This document shows, one piece after another, positions 31,002-44,313 of a DNA stretch of 64,000 bases. This DNA is from Planctomycetota bacterium (lineage in GTDB: Bacteria > Planctomycetota > B15-G4 > SIAN01). Below the pieces are notes generated by a model, which did not search any database, was not told the DNA's origin, and saw nothing but the letters and a program-made list of their open reading frames with translations. Position 1 is the first letter of the stretch, and every line of letters begins with the position of its first letter. The stretch lies in the NCBI GenBank assembly GCA_031409275.1, contig JANNXA010000010.1, forward strand, positions 196,040-260,039. Reading direction: 5' to 3'. Both the position numbers and the translations under genes were made by a program.

Positions 31002-32900
31002 TCAGTCCGCGGCGAAGATCGCCGTGATCGCGCGATCGGCAGTCATGTGGACCAGGACGACGAGTTCGCCGGGGTCGCCGATGACATCGCCTTCCCAATG
31101 ATCGAGGTGGAAGCCGGTCGCCGGCGTCGCAGCGAGGTAGACGTAGCTGTCGTGGGGATAGCTCGCGATGCAGACGTTCGGGCAGTCGATCTCGTTGTTG
31201 CCGTCGCCGTCGTAGTCGGCAGTGACCGCGCCGCTGCCCGCCAGCGTGACCGTCAGCTCCCACGGCGGGTCGATGTCGGGACCGCCGCCGCCACCGCCAT
31301 CAACGACGGTCACCGTCTTCGTCGCGATCGCCGAGTCGCCCCAGCTGTCGGTGACACGGACGGTCACGGGGTAGGTCCCAGCGGCCGTGAAGTTGACGTT
31401 GGCGGTGAATCCAGTGCTCTCGAACGTGCCATCGGCGTCGAAGTCCCACACCGCGTCCGTCAGCTCGGCGCCAGTCGCGCGTGCGCGGCTCGTGCGGAAG
31501 GCGTCGAAGTTCGCGGCGACACCGGCCGTCGGTGTCTCCGGAGCGACGGTCCAGTTGGCCACGGGATCGAGCATCGCGTTCGCGTCGAGGAGCGACGCTC
31601 TCAGCTCTTCCGTGCCGACGGTGTAGACCGCCAACGTCAGCGGCCCGCCCGCCAGCAGCGTCGGCTTCACGTCGATCGTGCGCGGCGTATCGGCGGCGAG
31701 CAGCGAGCGGACCGCGCTGTGGCTGCCGTCGACTCGGGTACGGCGCGCCACGAGGTCGTAATCGAATCCATCCGGCGTGACGCCCACGCAGGTGATGCGA
31801 CCGCTGCCATCGATCGCCAGGTCGAAGTAAGGCGCGTATTCAGCGGCGGCCTTGATTCCCGTCGCGACGATCGGATCGAAGACGCCCGGCGTCGGCGACC
31901 GGCACCACGCGATGCCCAAGTCGATGCCGATCCAGCAGACGATCAACGCACCGCTCCCGTCGAATCTCGCCAGGATCGGGTCGCGGTAGATGAAGGCGTC
32001 AGGGTCGGCGCCCTCGACGATGACCGACTCGATCGGCGACCAGCCGCCGCTTTGATCGAGGCGACGCACCAGCAGCTCATCCACGCCGGGACTCAAGGTG
32101 CCGTGCCAGGCGAACGCCCGCGTGCCGTCGTCGGCGACGGCGACCCGCAGGTCCCGAGCGGCACCGCTGTCGTCGACACGACCGAGCGGCACGAGGCCGA
32201 GCGAGAGGTCAAGCGCCCATGCCTCGACCGTCACCACACCATCGCCTTGATCCGCCAGGCACGCGACCACGCCATCGCCGCGCGCATTCATCGCGACGAC
32301 CGGCTCGGTGCCGATCGACGGCGAGCCGCCGAACAGGAGCTCCGAGTCGGCGAACGGCAGGTCGACGTCCGCGAGCGCGATGTAGACGACACCATCCGCT
32401 GCGTAGACCAGAAGGCCGTGCCCGGCGGCATCACCGGCCAAGCCGTGACTTCCGTAGTCGATGGATGTCTGCGGGAAGGTCTTCGGCGGCTGCTCCCAGC
32501 TCCCATCGCTGCGGCGCGCGCAACACTGGACCCGTCCTACCTGGTCCGTGTCGAAGTCGGCGGAGCGCCACGCGACCCGCGCCCGCCCGGCGTCTGCGAC
32601 CACGACGCGAGGATCCGCCGCCAGCAACCCGTCGGCAATCAAGGTCGGCTCGCCGAACGTCGCGTCGGCGTTCACCACGATCTCGACCAGTTCCCTCGAG
32701 TACTCGCCAAGCGCCCCATCCACCGGGTCCTGCGTCAGCACGAGGAGCCCGTCGCCCGTCGCGCGCAGCGCACCAGCGACCTCCTCGGGATGGACGTGCT
32801 TCGACACCGACTGACTGCTGCTCGGCGTGCAGGCAATCGTCCCGGCCACGACGACCAGGAGACCAGCAACGACCCGCAGCACGGCTCTCGACGCGTTCAT
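31002..32900 (-). CDS. Putative lipoprotein: propeller-like repeats, PKD domain, C-terminal InlB-B-repeat-like domain (paralog 1)
   Basis: Signal peptide ending TIA-C; WDFDADG...FTAAGTYPVTVRVTD (PKD); LTVTLAGSGAV...WEGD...TAIF. Confidence 0.75.
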   Translation of the reverse strand: MNASRAVLRVVAGLLVVVAGTIACTPSSSQSVSKHVHPEEVAGALRATGDGLLVLTQDPVDGALGEYSRELVEIVVNADATFGEPTLIADGLLAADPRVVVADAGRARVAWRSADFDTDQVGRVQCCARRSDGSWEQPPKTFPQTSIDYGSHGLAGDAAGHGLLVYAADGVVYIALADVDLPFADSELLFGGSPSIGTEPVVAMNARGDGVVACLADQGDGVVTVEAWALDLSLGLVPLGRVDDSGAARDLRVAVADDGTRAFAWHGTLSPGVDELLVRRLDQSGGWSPIESVIVEGADPDAFIYRDPILARFDGSGALIVCWIGIDLGIAWCRSPTPGVFDPIVATGIKAAAEYAPYFDLAIDGSGRITCVGVTPDGFDYDLVARRTRVDGSHSAVRSLLAADTPRTIDVKPTLLAGGPLTLAVYTVGTEELRASLLDANAMLDPVANWTVAPETPTAGVAANFDAFRTSRARATGAELTDAVWDFDADGTFESTGFTANVNFTAAGTYPVTVRVTDSWGDSAIATKTVTVVDGGGGGGPDIDPPWELTVTLAGSGAVTADYDGDGNNEIDCPNVCIASYPHDSYVYLAATPATGFHLDHWEGDVIGDPGELVVLVHMTADRAITAIFAAD

Positions 32901-32961
32901 GGTGGAACTCCGGCGGGCCATCAGGTGACGGTTCGGGATCCTCTCGATCCGCGATCCACCG

Positions 32962-32991
32962 CCTGGAAGGGAGGCGCGCAGCGAACGTGAC
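32962..32991 (-). promoter_or_regulatory. Conserved bipartite motif GTCAC-N15-CCCTTCCAGG (putative ECF promoter)
   Basis: Same motif and spacing as 34945-34974; about 60 nt upstream of the start codon. Confidence 0.6.
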
Positions 32992-33009
32992 CGCCGCGTC
33001 AGTCAGCGT

Positions 33010-34887
33010 TCAGTCCGCCTCGAAGACCGCCGTGATCGTCTTGTCCTGGTTCATCACCACCTCGCAGCCCTCGACACCGAAGTCCTGGTCAAAGGTCGCG
33101 GACAGCCCCTCCCAGCGCACGAAGTGCTGGCCGGGATCCGCCGTCGGCGTGAGGAAGGTGATCAAACCGTCGGCGTAGATCTCGCTGCAGCCCTCGACGC
33201 CGCCGGCCGGACAGTCGATGTCGAGGAGCCGGTCGCCGTTCGAGTCGCGATCGCCCCGCACCGCGCCGCCGCCGTCGAGCACGACCGTCAGCAGCCACGG
33301 CGGTCCCCCGCCGCTGGAGCCGACGGTGATCATCTCGACCGCCTTCGCGACGCCGCGCCGACCGTCCTCCACCGTGAGCTCCACCGCGTACGTTCCGGGC
33401 GCGGCGAAGGTCCATTCGGGCCGATCGCCCTCGTCGTCGAAGCTCCCGTCGCCGTCGAAGTCCCAGTTGAGGAAGCGCGCTCCGTTGGTCGACCGCGAGA
33501 AGCTGGCGTGCGCGTCGAAGCTCACCGCCTCGCCGGCCACCGGTCGACTCGGGCTCCAGGTGAACTCGGCGTGAGGCGGCGCCCAGAGGTTGATCTCGAG
33601 AACGTCATCGACGATCCAGAACGCCATCGCGAGCGGACCTCCCTGGATCAGGTCGAGGTCATGCGGTTCGCTGACGAAGTGGCGGACGCCGGTGACTGGA
33701 TCACCCGTGAGCAACGTGGCATCGGCGAGGAAGCGCGTGCCTCGGATCTTCGGCTCGCCGCCGCTCGACGCCGAACTCTCGAGCGCCACGATCGTGCCGA
33801 GCGCGTCCGCGCCGGCGGCGAGCTGGAGCGCCGCCGGATCGTCGGCCTCGAGGAACAGGGTCGACAAGACGTCGACGTCGCCGAAGCCGGGCGAACGCGC
33901 GATCTGCGCTCGATCGACGTCGGTCCACGCCAGCAGCAACGCGTCGTTCGCATCGAAGGCCATCTCGATCCGCGAGTCGACATCGAGCAGCGACGCGATG
34001 AGCTCCGTGTCGAGGAAGTCGACCGCGGCGTCCGCGCGTCGCACGACGAGCTCGGCGCCGAAGTCGTTCGGCTCCAGCCAAGCGGCGGCGAACCCGCCTG
34101 CGCGCGCAGCGCCGACGACGACATGCGAGGTGACGGCGGAAGCCGAGGCGTCGAGCCGACCGCGCGACGTGAAGCCGGTCGCCGGGTCGTACGACCACGC
34201 CACGACCTCGACCTGGTCGACCGCCAGGACGCGATGCGCGACGATCAGCGCCTTGCCGTCGGCAGCCAGCGCCGCGCGCGGCGTCGCGATCGCATCGGAA
34301 GGAGCCGCGTCGTGCAGCGTGACCGGCGCCGCGAAAGGAGCGCCCGGCGCCGCCAGCGCGGCGCGCAGCGACCCGCCGGTCTCCCAGACCACCAGCGCTG
34401 CGCCGGCGGCGTTGCCGGCGAGGTCGAAGGCGTCCTCGGCGACGTCCGCGTTCTCTACTTCATCGATCGCGCTCCACGCCTCCGCCTCGTCGCGCCGGCT
34501 CGACTGCAGGAGACCGGCACGCACGCCGGCCGTCGTCGGCAGCAACCACGCCGCGCGCGCCGACTCGAGGCCATGGACAAGCAGGCGCGGCTCGATCGCG
34601 CCGGCAGCGTCGAGCACCCGCATGGGGGACGCGACCTGTCCGTCGAGCGCCACCCACAACTCGTAGAGACCTTCGTCGTCGACGGCGTCGGAGTCGCCGG
34701 TGCTCGCTGCCAGCAGCAGACCGCCGCCGCTCTCGCGCAGCGCACCCGTCGCCTCCTGGACCGCCGTCACCTTGGTGAAGCTGCGCGTGCTCGTCTTGCT
34801 CGGGCATGCGGTGCACAGCAACGGCAACAGCAGCAGGGAGAGCGAGCCGGCGCTGGCAGCGGAGCAGGACTTCATCGCGCGCTTCAT
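33010..34887 (-). CDS. Putative lipoprotein: propeller-like repeats, PKD domain, C-terminal InlB-B-repeat-like domain (paralog 2)
   Basis: Signal peptide ending CTA-C; WDFDGDG...FAAPGTYAVELTVED; LTVVLDGGGAV...WEG...TAVF; collinear with 31002-32900. Confidence 0.75.
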   Translation of the reverse strand: MKRAMKSCSAASAGSLSLLLLPLLCTACPSKTSTRSFTKVTAVQEATGALRESGGGLLLAASTGDSDAVDDEGLYELWVALDGQVASPMRVLDAAGAIEPRLLVHGLESARAAWLLPTTAGVRAGLLQSSRRDEAEAWSAIDEVENADVAEDAFDLAGNAAGAALVVWETGGSLRAALAAPGAPFAAPVTLHDAAPSDAIATPRAALAADGKALIVAHRVLAVDQVEVVAWSYDPATGFTSRGRLDASASAVTSHVVVGAARAGGFAAAWLEPNDFGAELVVRRADAAVDFLDTELIASLLDVDSRIEMAFDANDALLLAWTDVDRAQIARSPGFGDVDVLSTLFLEADDPAALQLAAGADALGTIVALESSASSGGEPKIRGTRFLADATLLTGDPVTGVRHFVSEPHDLDLIQGGPLAMAFWIVDDVLEINLWAPPHAEFTWSPSRPVAGEAVSFDAHASFSRSTNGARFLNWDFDGDGSFDDEGDRPEWTFAAPGTYAVELTVEDGRRGVAKAVEMITVGSSGGGPPWLLTVVLDGGGAVRGDRDSNGDRLLDIDCPAGGVEGCSEIYADGLITFLTPTADPGQHFVRWEGLSATFDQDFGVEGCEVVMNQDKTITAVFEAD

Positions 34888-34944
34888 CGAGGGAGCTCCG
34901 GGAGGTGCGAACGGCAATGCGAAGCGCCGGCCGCGGGAATGGCT

Positions 34945-34974
34945 CCTGAAAGGGGATCGCCTCGCCGGTGTGAC
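34945..34974 (-). promoter_or_regulatory. Conserved bipartite motif GTCAC-N15-CCCTTTCAGG (putative ECF promoter)
   Basis: Same motif and spacing as 32962-32991; about 57 nt upstream of the start codon. Confidence 0.6.
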
Positions 34975-35077
34975 TGCGGGAGCCAGCCGTCACGCTTTAC
35001 GGCGCGCGCCCTTTCCTCTCTCATCGAGTCGCGCTGCGAGGCGACGCTCCCGGCCGGCACCGAAACGAAAGGAACCC

Positions 35078-38449
<3,372 letters not shown>

Positions 38450-38509
38450 TCGCCGCGGGAACCGGGTGGCGGGAATCGATGCGACCGCGCGGGCGGACGA
38501 TGAGGACGC

Positions 38510-39085
38510 TCAGCGGAGCGACGTGAGGCGGGCGAGTGCGCGCGAGAGCGTCTGCCGCGACGCTTCGACGGTGATGCCCAGAGCGGCGGCGATCTCGGTG
38601 TGGCTCTTGCCCTCGAAGCGCGCAAGCTCGACGACGCGACGCCACTGCGGCGGCAACTTCGCGATGGCGGCAACGATCTCCTCCGCTCGCTCGCGCGCGA
38701 CGGCATCCTGGCTCGGCGTCGGATCGGGGCCGGCGACGCCTTGCGCCGCGCTCTCGCCGACGCGCCGCACCGCATCGCGCCGCTCGGCGCCGTGGAAGTC
38801 GCGCCGATCGCGCAGCTTGAGCAGCGCCGCCTGGTAGAGCCACTGCTTGAAGGCCGCCTCGCCGCGGTAATCGAACCGGCCGTCGCGCAGCCGCTCGAGC
38901 AGTTCGCGGCACACCGACTGCGCCAGGTCGCTGCCCGATTCCTGCGCCATCAACCCCGCGCCGGCACGCCGTCGCAGGAACGCGGCGAGCCCGTCCCAAT
39001 GGCGGGCGAGCAGCGCGTCGACCGCGGCGGCGTCGCCCTGCCCGGCGCGCTCGACGAAGCCTTGCGTCTCGTCCCGTTCCGCCAC
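38510..39085 (-). CDS. ECF sigma-70 factor (kinase-associated type)
   Basis: AGQGDAAAVDALL, ESGSDLAQS, FKQWLY, region 4 LPPQWRRVVELARFEGKSHTEIAAALG; GTG start inferred. Confidence 0.9.
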   Translation of the reverse strand: MAERDETQGFVERAGQGDAAAVDALLARHWDGLAAFLRRRAGAGLMAQESGSDLAQSVCRELLERLRDGRFDYRGEAAFKQWLYQAALLKLRDRRDFHGAERRDAVRRVGESAAQGVAGPDPTPSQDAVARERAEEIVAAIAKLPPQWRRVVELARFEGKSHTEIAAALGITVEASRQTLSRALARLTSLR

Positions 39086-39111
39086 GTCGCGCTCCGCTGC
39101 GGCTCGCCGCG

Positions 39112-41622
39112 CTACTTCTTCACGGTCGCATCGAGCTGCAGCTCGACTTCGGCGAAACCGCAGCCGCTCCGCTCCGGCGCGGGCGGCGCGAACTCGACGA
39201 TCTCGACGTCGATGCGCCGCACGACCTGCGCGGCGCCCAACGGCACGCGCCACTTGCGCTGCGCCCTCGCCCCGCTCGGCAGGTCGCCGGCGAGCTCGAT
39301 CGGCGTCCCCTTGCCATTCAACGTCACCTTCACCTTCGCCGGCCACGGTCGGTCGGCGCCAAGCCGGATCGGCGTCAGCAGCAGCACGTTGGCGCGCACC
39401 GGCTTCTCGAGCTCGATGGTGAGGCGTGGGCTGCGGTCGGAGTCGTTGCAGCTCCAGCCTCGCGTGACAAGTCCGTCGCACGCGAGCGAGCCGTCCCACG
39501 ACTCGTCGTGGCGGCTCGACGCGACGACGTTGGGCTTCTGCACGCCGAGCAGGTTCTTGCGCGGATCGCCCGAGTAGCCGAAGAGCACCGGGTCCAGCAC
39601 GCCGCGCACCGTCACCGCCAGCAGCGACGACTCGAGCACGATCTCCTCGCTGGCCGCTGCAGCACCGTCGCTCGCGGCCGCGTCCGCGGGAGCGCTCGCC
39701 GGCGGCGCTCGCAATGTGACGCGCGCGAAGAGCGAGTAGTCGCCCGGCAGCGGGAATGAGAACTGCCCGCCGAACCGCTCCTGGCCGCACGGCTGCCCGC
39801 CGTCCTTCTCGATGCGCGCGATGGCGCGCGAGTCAGACTCGCCGGGCAGGCCGACCGCGTGCCACTCGACCGACTTGACGCGCAGCCCGCGCCCCTCCTC
39901 GCCCGGCCACTCGTGGGCGGTGCGTTCGGCCTCGCCCCACGACGAGATCCAGAAGGTGAGCGGAGCGTCGCCGCTCGCGCGCAAGCTGATCGGCTGCGCC
40001 GGATCGTCGGTGCCGTAGGTCGATGGCGAGCGGCCCGAGCCGCCGGTCGATGCCGCCGTCGCGCGCGTGAGGAAGAGGAGCGCCCACGCCGTGCTGCCGA
40101 GCGCCCCGCCGCCGAGCGGCGGCCACGCGCCGCTCCCCTCCTGCTTGCCGATCAGCCAGCGCGCTCCCTCGCGGTACCAGCGATGGCCACCGAACTCCTC
40201 CTGCTGCAGCAGCGCGCCGAGCCGCTCGACGCCATAGAGGTAGTAGTAGGTCCAGGAGCCGTCGCCGCGCGGGTTGCCGTCGACGATGAAGTTCTGGCCG
40301 AGCCACTCGGCGCCGCGCCGCGCGGACGCGATCAAGCCGCCGGACTTGCTCTTGCCGCGCAGCTGCTCGTCGCAGATGGCGAGGATCGACGCTCCGGCCG
40401 ACGTCATGCTGCCGGTCGCCACCGCGCCCGGCGCGTACCGGAAGCCGAGCGGCGCGTACGCCCCGCCACCCGCGTCATCGAGCACCGAGATCACGTACTG
40501 CGCCGCCTTGTCCCACGCCTCGGGCGCGACCTTGAGCCCGTGCTGCGCGGCGGCCCGCAGTCCGAGCACGCCGTATTGCGTGTTGGAGAGGTCGCCACCA
40601 GCGCCCGGCTTGTAGGCGAAGGAGCCGTTCGGGAGCTGATTGCGCAGCAGCGCCTCGAGCAGCTCGCGCATCCACGCCTCCGTGGTCGGGTCGCGCAGCG
40701 CGTGCAGCGCCATCAGCTGGCAGCCGATCGTGTAGGTCTCGATCGGCTTGGCGCACTTGAGCCATTCGAGGGCGCGCACCACCGCGGGGTCGCCCTTCGG
40801 CACGCCGCTCTTCAGCAGCGCGTAGAGGATCAGCGACGTCCCGCCGTTGCGGTATCCGGCCTGGTCGAGATCCCAGCTTCCATCGAACAGCTGCTCGGAG
40901 AGCAGCCAGCTCGTGCCGCGGTCGATCGCTCCGCTGATGCGCGCCTGCACGTCGCCCCAGCTTCGCTCGTCGGCCGGCTGCTCGGCGCGTACCGGCGGCG
41001 GTGCATCAGTCGCGCTGATGCGCACGCACCCGGCGATGTGCTGCGCGCCGTGCTCGAAGCGCAGCTCGAGGGTGAGCAGGTCACCGGCAGCGGCGCTCGC
41101 CTCCTTCGAGAACTCGACGACGAGGTGTTGCGGCGCGTCGAACTTCGGACCGACCGCCCAGCCGCCGGCCGGCTGCCCATCCAACACTCCGAGCGCGGCG
41201 AAGCCCTCCTGCGACCACGACGCGCTGGCCTTCTGCAGGACGATCATCTTCGGCCGCTTCGCGCCTTTCGGCCCGATCGCCGCCGTCATCTCCGAAAGCA
41301 CGAAGTTGCCCTGCGCGCGACCGAGCCCGCCGGTCGGCAGGGACGGATCACGGAGCACCTCGAGGCGCAGAGCGGTCACTTTCGGCGGCAGGCCGGCGAG
41401 CTGCAGCGTCCAGCTCTCCTTGTCGGGGCAGGCGCCTTGCGCCAGCAGTGCGCCATCCTCGCGCGTGACGAACGTGGTGGGTTGCGTCGAACTGCCCTGC
41501 ACCAGCGTCAGCGGCCGCCAACTCGGTGCCGCCGCCTCCTGCACCGCGACCGGCGCTGGCGCAACCGCCACACGGACGGCCGACGCGGAGAGCGCGACGA
41601 CGAGGGCGGGGAGGAGGGGCAT
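39112..41622 (-). CDS. Secreted protein: planctomycete beta-sandwich, prenyltransferase/squalene-cyclase-like (alpha/alpha) barrel, discoidin-like C-terminus (paralog 1)
   Basis: Signal peptide; ALRLEVLRDPSLPTGGLGRAQGNFVLSE; QLFDGSW, DLSNTQYGVLGLRAA, YYLYGVERLG, WYREGARWLIGKQEGSGAW; AEVEL at C-terminus. Confidence 0.7.
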   Translation of the reverse strand: MPLLPALVVALSASAVRVAVAPAPVAVQEAAAPSWRPLTLVQGSSTQPTTFVTREDGALLAQGACPDKESWTLQLAGLPPKVTALRLEVLRDPSLPTGGLGRAQGNFVLSEMTAAIGPKGAKRPKMIVLQKASASWSQEGFAALGVLDGQPAGGWAVGPKFDAPQHLVVEFSKEASAAAGDLLTLELRFEHGAQHIAGCVRISATDAPPPVRAEQPADERSWGDVQARISGAIDRGTSWLLSEQLFDGSWDLDQAGYRNGGTSLILYALLKSGVPKGDPAVVRALEWLKCAKPIETYTIGCQLMALHALRDPTTEAWMRELLEALLRNQLPNGSFAYKPGAGGDLSNTQYGVLGLRAAAQHGLKVAPEAWDKAAQYVISVLDDAGGGAYAPLGFRYAPGAVATGSMTSAGASILAICDEQLRGKSKSGGLIASARRGAEWLGQNFIVDGNPRGDGSWTYYYLYGVERLGALLQQEEFGGHRWYREGARWLIGKQEGSGAWPPLGGGALGSTAWALLFLTRATAASTGGSGRSPSTYGTDDPAQPISLRASGDAPLTFWISSWGEAERTAHEWPGEEGRGLRVKSVEWHAVGLPGESDSRAIARIEKDGGQPCGQERFGGQFSFPLPGDYSLFARVTLRAPPASAPADAAASDGAAAASEEIVLESSLLAVTVRGVLDPVLFGYSGDPRKNLLGVQKPNVVASSRHDESWDGSLACDGLVTRGWSCNDSDRSPRLTIELEKPVRANVLLLTPIRLGADRPWPAKVKVTLNGKGTPIELAGDLPSGARAQRKWRVPLGAAQVVRRIDVEIVEFAPPAPERSGCGFAEVELQLDATVKK

Positions 41623-41751
41623 CGCTGGAACCTCGCTGCGAAGACGCAACAACCGCGGCGCGTTCTAGCCGCCCCCGGCGGCAGGGTCACCCCGCACGTG
41701 CAGCGCGCGGCACGCGGCGCGCCGCGCGCCGCGCGCCGCGCGGGGCACCTG

Positions 41752-44313
41752 TCAGCGACCGCCGCCTTTCGGCTCGCTCTTCTCGCCGGGCTTGCCGCCG
41801 CCCGACTTCTCGGCGACCTTCTCGGCCTGCAGCTCGACCTCCGCAAAACCGACTGCTTTGTCGGGCGTCGAGCTCTCCTGCTTGGAGAGCACCTTCACCT
41901 CGATCTTGCGGATCACCACCGCCTGCGTGAGGCGCAGGCGCAGCTTGGGCGGCGCGTCGTTGGCCGCGACGTCGATCAGCAGCGGCGGCTGCTTCCCGTT
42001 CAGCGTGACGGCGAGCTTGGTGATGCGCGACAGGTAGGTGTCGCCGATGCGCGCCGGCGTCAGCACGATCGTGTTCGCGCGCACCGGTTTCTCGAGCTCG
42101 ATGGTGAGCGTCGGGATCGGGTCCTCCTGGCCCGCCGCCCAACCGCGGCACTGCAGATTGTCGACCGCATGCGCGGGCAGCCAATCCCCGTTCAGCGTGG
42201 AGGAGGCGGACGCCGTGAGCTTCTGGCCGAAGAGGAGGTTCCTGCCCGGATCCTTGGCGCACTGCAGCAGCTCGGGGTCGATCGCCTCCTCGATGCGCAC
42301 TTCGAGCGGCGTCGATTCGAGCGTCACCGCTTCGGGGACGGCGCCTTCCGCGGCGGGCGGCGCGAGCAGCGTCACCTTCGTGCCGATGGTGTAGGTGCCG
42401 GGCAGCGCGAAGCTCCATTGCGCGCCGAAGCGCTCGCGTCCCGCGGGCTGGTCGCCCGGCTTCTCGATCAGCCCCACGACGCGCCCCGCTTCGCCGAGGC
42501 TGCCGCCGCGCGCCCACCACTCGACCTTCGTCACCCGCAGGCCGCGGTCCTTGTCGATGGGCCACTCGTAGTGCGCCACCTCCGGATCGCCGAAGCTCGA
42601 GATCCACATGGTGAGCGGCGTGTCGCCGGACGCACGCACGTTGATCGGCAGCGCCGGATCGTCACCGCCGTAGAGGCGCACACGGCGCGACGACTTGCCC
42701 GACGCCACCGCGGTGGCCCGCTCGAGGAACAGCAGCGCGAAGCAGGTGTTGATCGGCAGGTCGCCGTACGCGCTGCCCCACTGTCCCTTGTCACCCTGCT
42801 TGTCGCACAGGTGCCGCGCGCCGTCGCGATACCAGTCGCGCCCGCCGATCTTTTCGAGCTTCATCAGGCCGCCGACGCGCTCGAGACCATAGAGGTAGTA
42901 GAGGTCCCAACGGTCGTGGCCTTCGTTGATGTTGTCGTCGACGGTGTAGTGGTCCGCGAGCCACTGCACGCCGCGCTTCGCCGCTGCGAGGTAGCCGGCC
43001 GCCTTGCCTTTGCCCTGCAACTGCTCGTCCGCAATGGCGAGGATCGAGGTGCCGGCGGCCGTCATGCTGCTGGTCGGCTTCTGCCCGCCGTTGTAGGTGA
43101 AGCCGAGCGCGGCGTAGGCGCCCTTGCCATCTTCCGACTCCCACTGCAGGACCTGTTGCGCCGCCTTCTCGAAAGCGGCGGGCGGCACCGCGATGCCGTG
43201 CTGCGCCGCGGCGCGCAGGCCGAGCACGCCGTACTGCGTATTCGAGAGGTCGACGCCGCCCCACGGGTAGTTGAAGGCGCCGCCGCGCTGGAACGACAGG
43301 AGCGTGTCGGCGAGCTCCTTCATCCACGGCAGCAAGGTCGGATCGTCCATCGCGCCGAGCGCCATGAGCTGGCAGCCGAGCGAATAGGTCTCCTTTGCCG
43401 GATTGCTGCGCAGGTACTCGATCGCACGCTGCACGGTCGGGTGGCGCTGGTTCACGCCGCTCTTGCGCAACGTGTAGAGCGCGAGCGCCGTGCAGCCGTT
43501 GCGGTAGGTCCACTGCTCGTGGTTCCACGAGCCATCGATCGCCTGGTTCTTGATCAGCCAATCGACGCCGCGATCGATCGCGTTGTTGATGCGTTCCTGC
43601 AGCTTGCCGAGCGTCTCCTCCGCGGCGGCGCCGCCCACCCGCACGGGCCTCGGCTGCGTCGTCGCCGCGATGCGGAAGCGGCCCATCGCGTGCTGCGCGC
43701 CCCAATTGAAGTGGAGCTCCAGCCGCAGCAGCGCCGGACCACCGAAGTCGAGGTCGCGCTTCGTCTCGACCATCAGCACGTGGTTGGCGCCGGTCGCTCC
43801 GAACACCGCCCAGCCGTTGCCACCCGACTGCAGCTCACCGTCATGAACGTCGGTGGCGCGGCGGTTGCCTTCGATGAAGTCGCAGCTCGCGTTGCCGATC
43901 GGCGACGGCTTGAAGCGAACCGCGAGCTTCGCCGACGCTTCCAGCACGAGCTCGTTCAGCACGAAGTTGCCGTTGCCGGCGCGGCCCGGTCCACGCTCAG
44001 GCAATGCGTCGTCGGCCAGCGCCTCGAGGCGAAGCGCCGTCAGCGGCCGCACGTCGGTCTCGAAGTCGAGCGTCCAGAGGTCCTTTTCGGGATTGGCGCC
44101 GCTGACCGCGATCGAGCCGTCGGGAAGCACGGTGAACGTGGCGCCCCCTTCGGAGGCGAGCTTCACCGGCTTCAACACGACCCACGGATCCGCCACCGGA
44201 GCTGCGGCCGGTGGCGACTGGGCCGCGATGGAGGGAGCCAAGGACGCCAACAGCACCCACGTCGTCAAACGACGTCGCCGGTGGATGGCGGAGCGGTGGG
44301 AAGTGGGGGTCAT
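41752..44313 (-). CDS. Secreted protein with the same architecture (paralog 2)
   Basis: ALRLEALADDALPERGPGRAGNGNFVLNE; QAIDGSW, DLSNTQYGVLGLRAAAQHG, YYLYGLERVG; TIELEKPVRAN shared with paralog 1. Confidence 0.7.
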   Translation of the reverse strand: MTPTSHRSAIHRRRRLTTWVLLASLAPSIAAQSPPAAAPVADPWVVLKPVKLASEGGATFTVLPDGSIAVSGANPEKDLWTLDFETDVRPLTALRLEALADDALPERGPGRAGNGNFVLNELVLEASAKLAVRFKPSPIGNASCDFIEGNRRATDVHDGELQSGGNGWAVFGATGANHVLMVETKRDLDFGGPALLRLELHFNWGAQHAMGRFRIAATTQPRPVRVGGAAAEETLGKLQERINNAIDRGVDWLIKNQAIDGSWNHEQWTYRNGCTALALYTLRKSGVNQRHPTVQRAIEYLRSNPAKETYSLGCQLMALGAMDDPTLLPWMKELADTLLSFQRGGAFNYPWGGVDLSNTQYGVLGLRAAAQHGIAVPPAAFEKAAQQVLQWESEDGKGAYAALGFTYNGGQKPTSSMTAAGTSILAIADEQLQGKGKAAGYLAAAKRGVQWLADHYTVDDNINEGHDRWDLYYLYGLERVGGLMKLEKIGGRDWYRDGARHLCDKQGDKGQWGSAYGDLPINTCFALLFLERATAVASGKSSRRVRLYGGDDPALPINVRASGDTPLTMWISSFGDPEVAHYEWPIDKDRGLRVTKVEWWARGGSLGEAGRVVGLIEKPGDQPAGRERFGAQWSFALPGTYTIGTKVTLLAPPAAEGAVPEAVTLESTPLEVRIEEAIDPELLQCAKDPGRNLLFGQKLTASASSTLNGDWLPAHAVDNLQCRGWAAGQEDPIPTLTIELEKPVRANTIVLTPARIGDTYLSRITKLAVTLNGKQPPLLIDVAANDAPPKLRLRLTQAVVIRKIEVKVLSKQESSTPDKAVGFAEVELQAEKVAEKSGGGKPGEKSEPKGGGR

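Noticed and set aside
41700..41750. GCGCGCC heptamer tandem run between the barrel paralogs
   Set aside because: Low-complexity GC sequence; at most a hairpin, not a CRISPR or informative repeat
39112..44313. Squalene-hopene cyclase call
   Set aside because: Single barrel, signal peptide and no DxDD motif; only the fold-level resemblance is supportable
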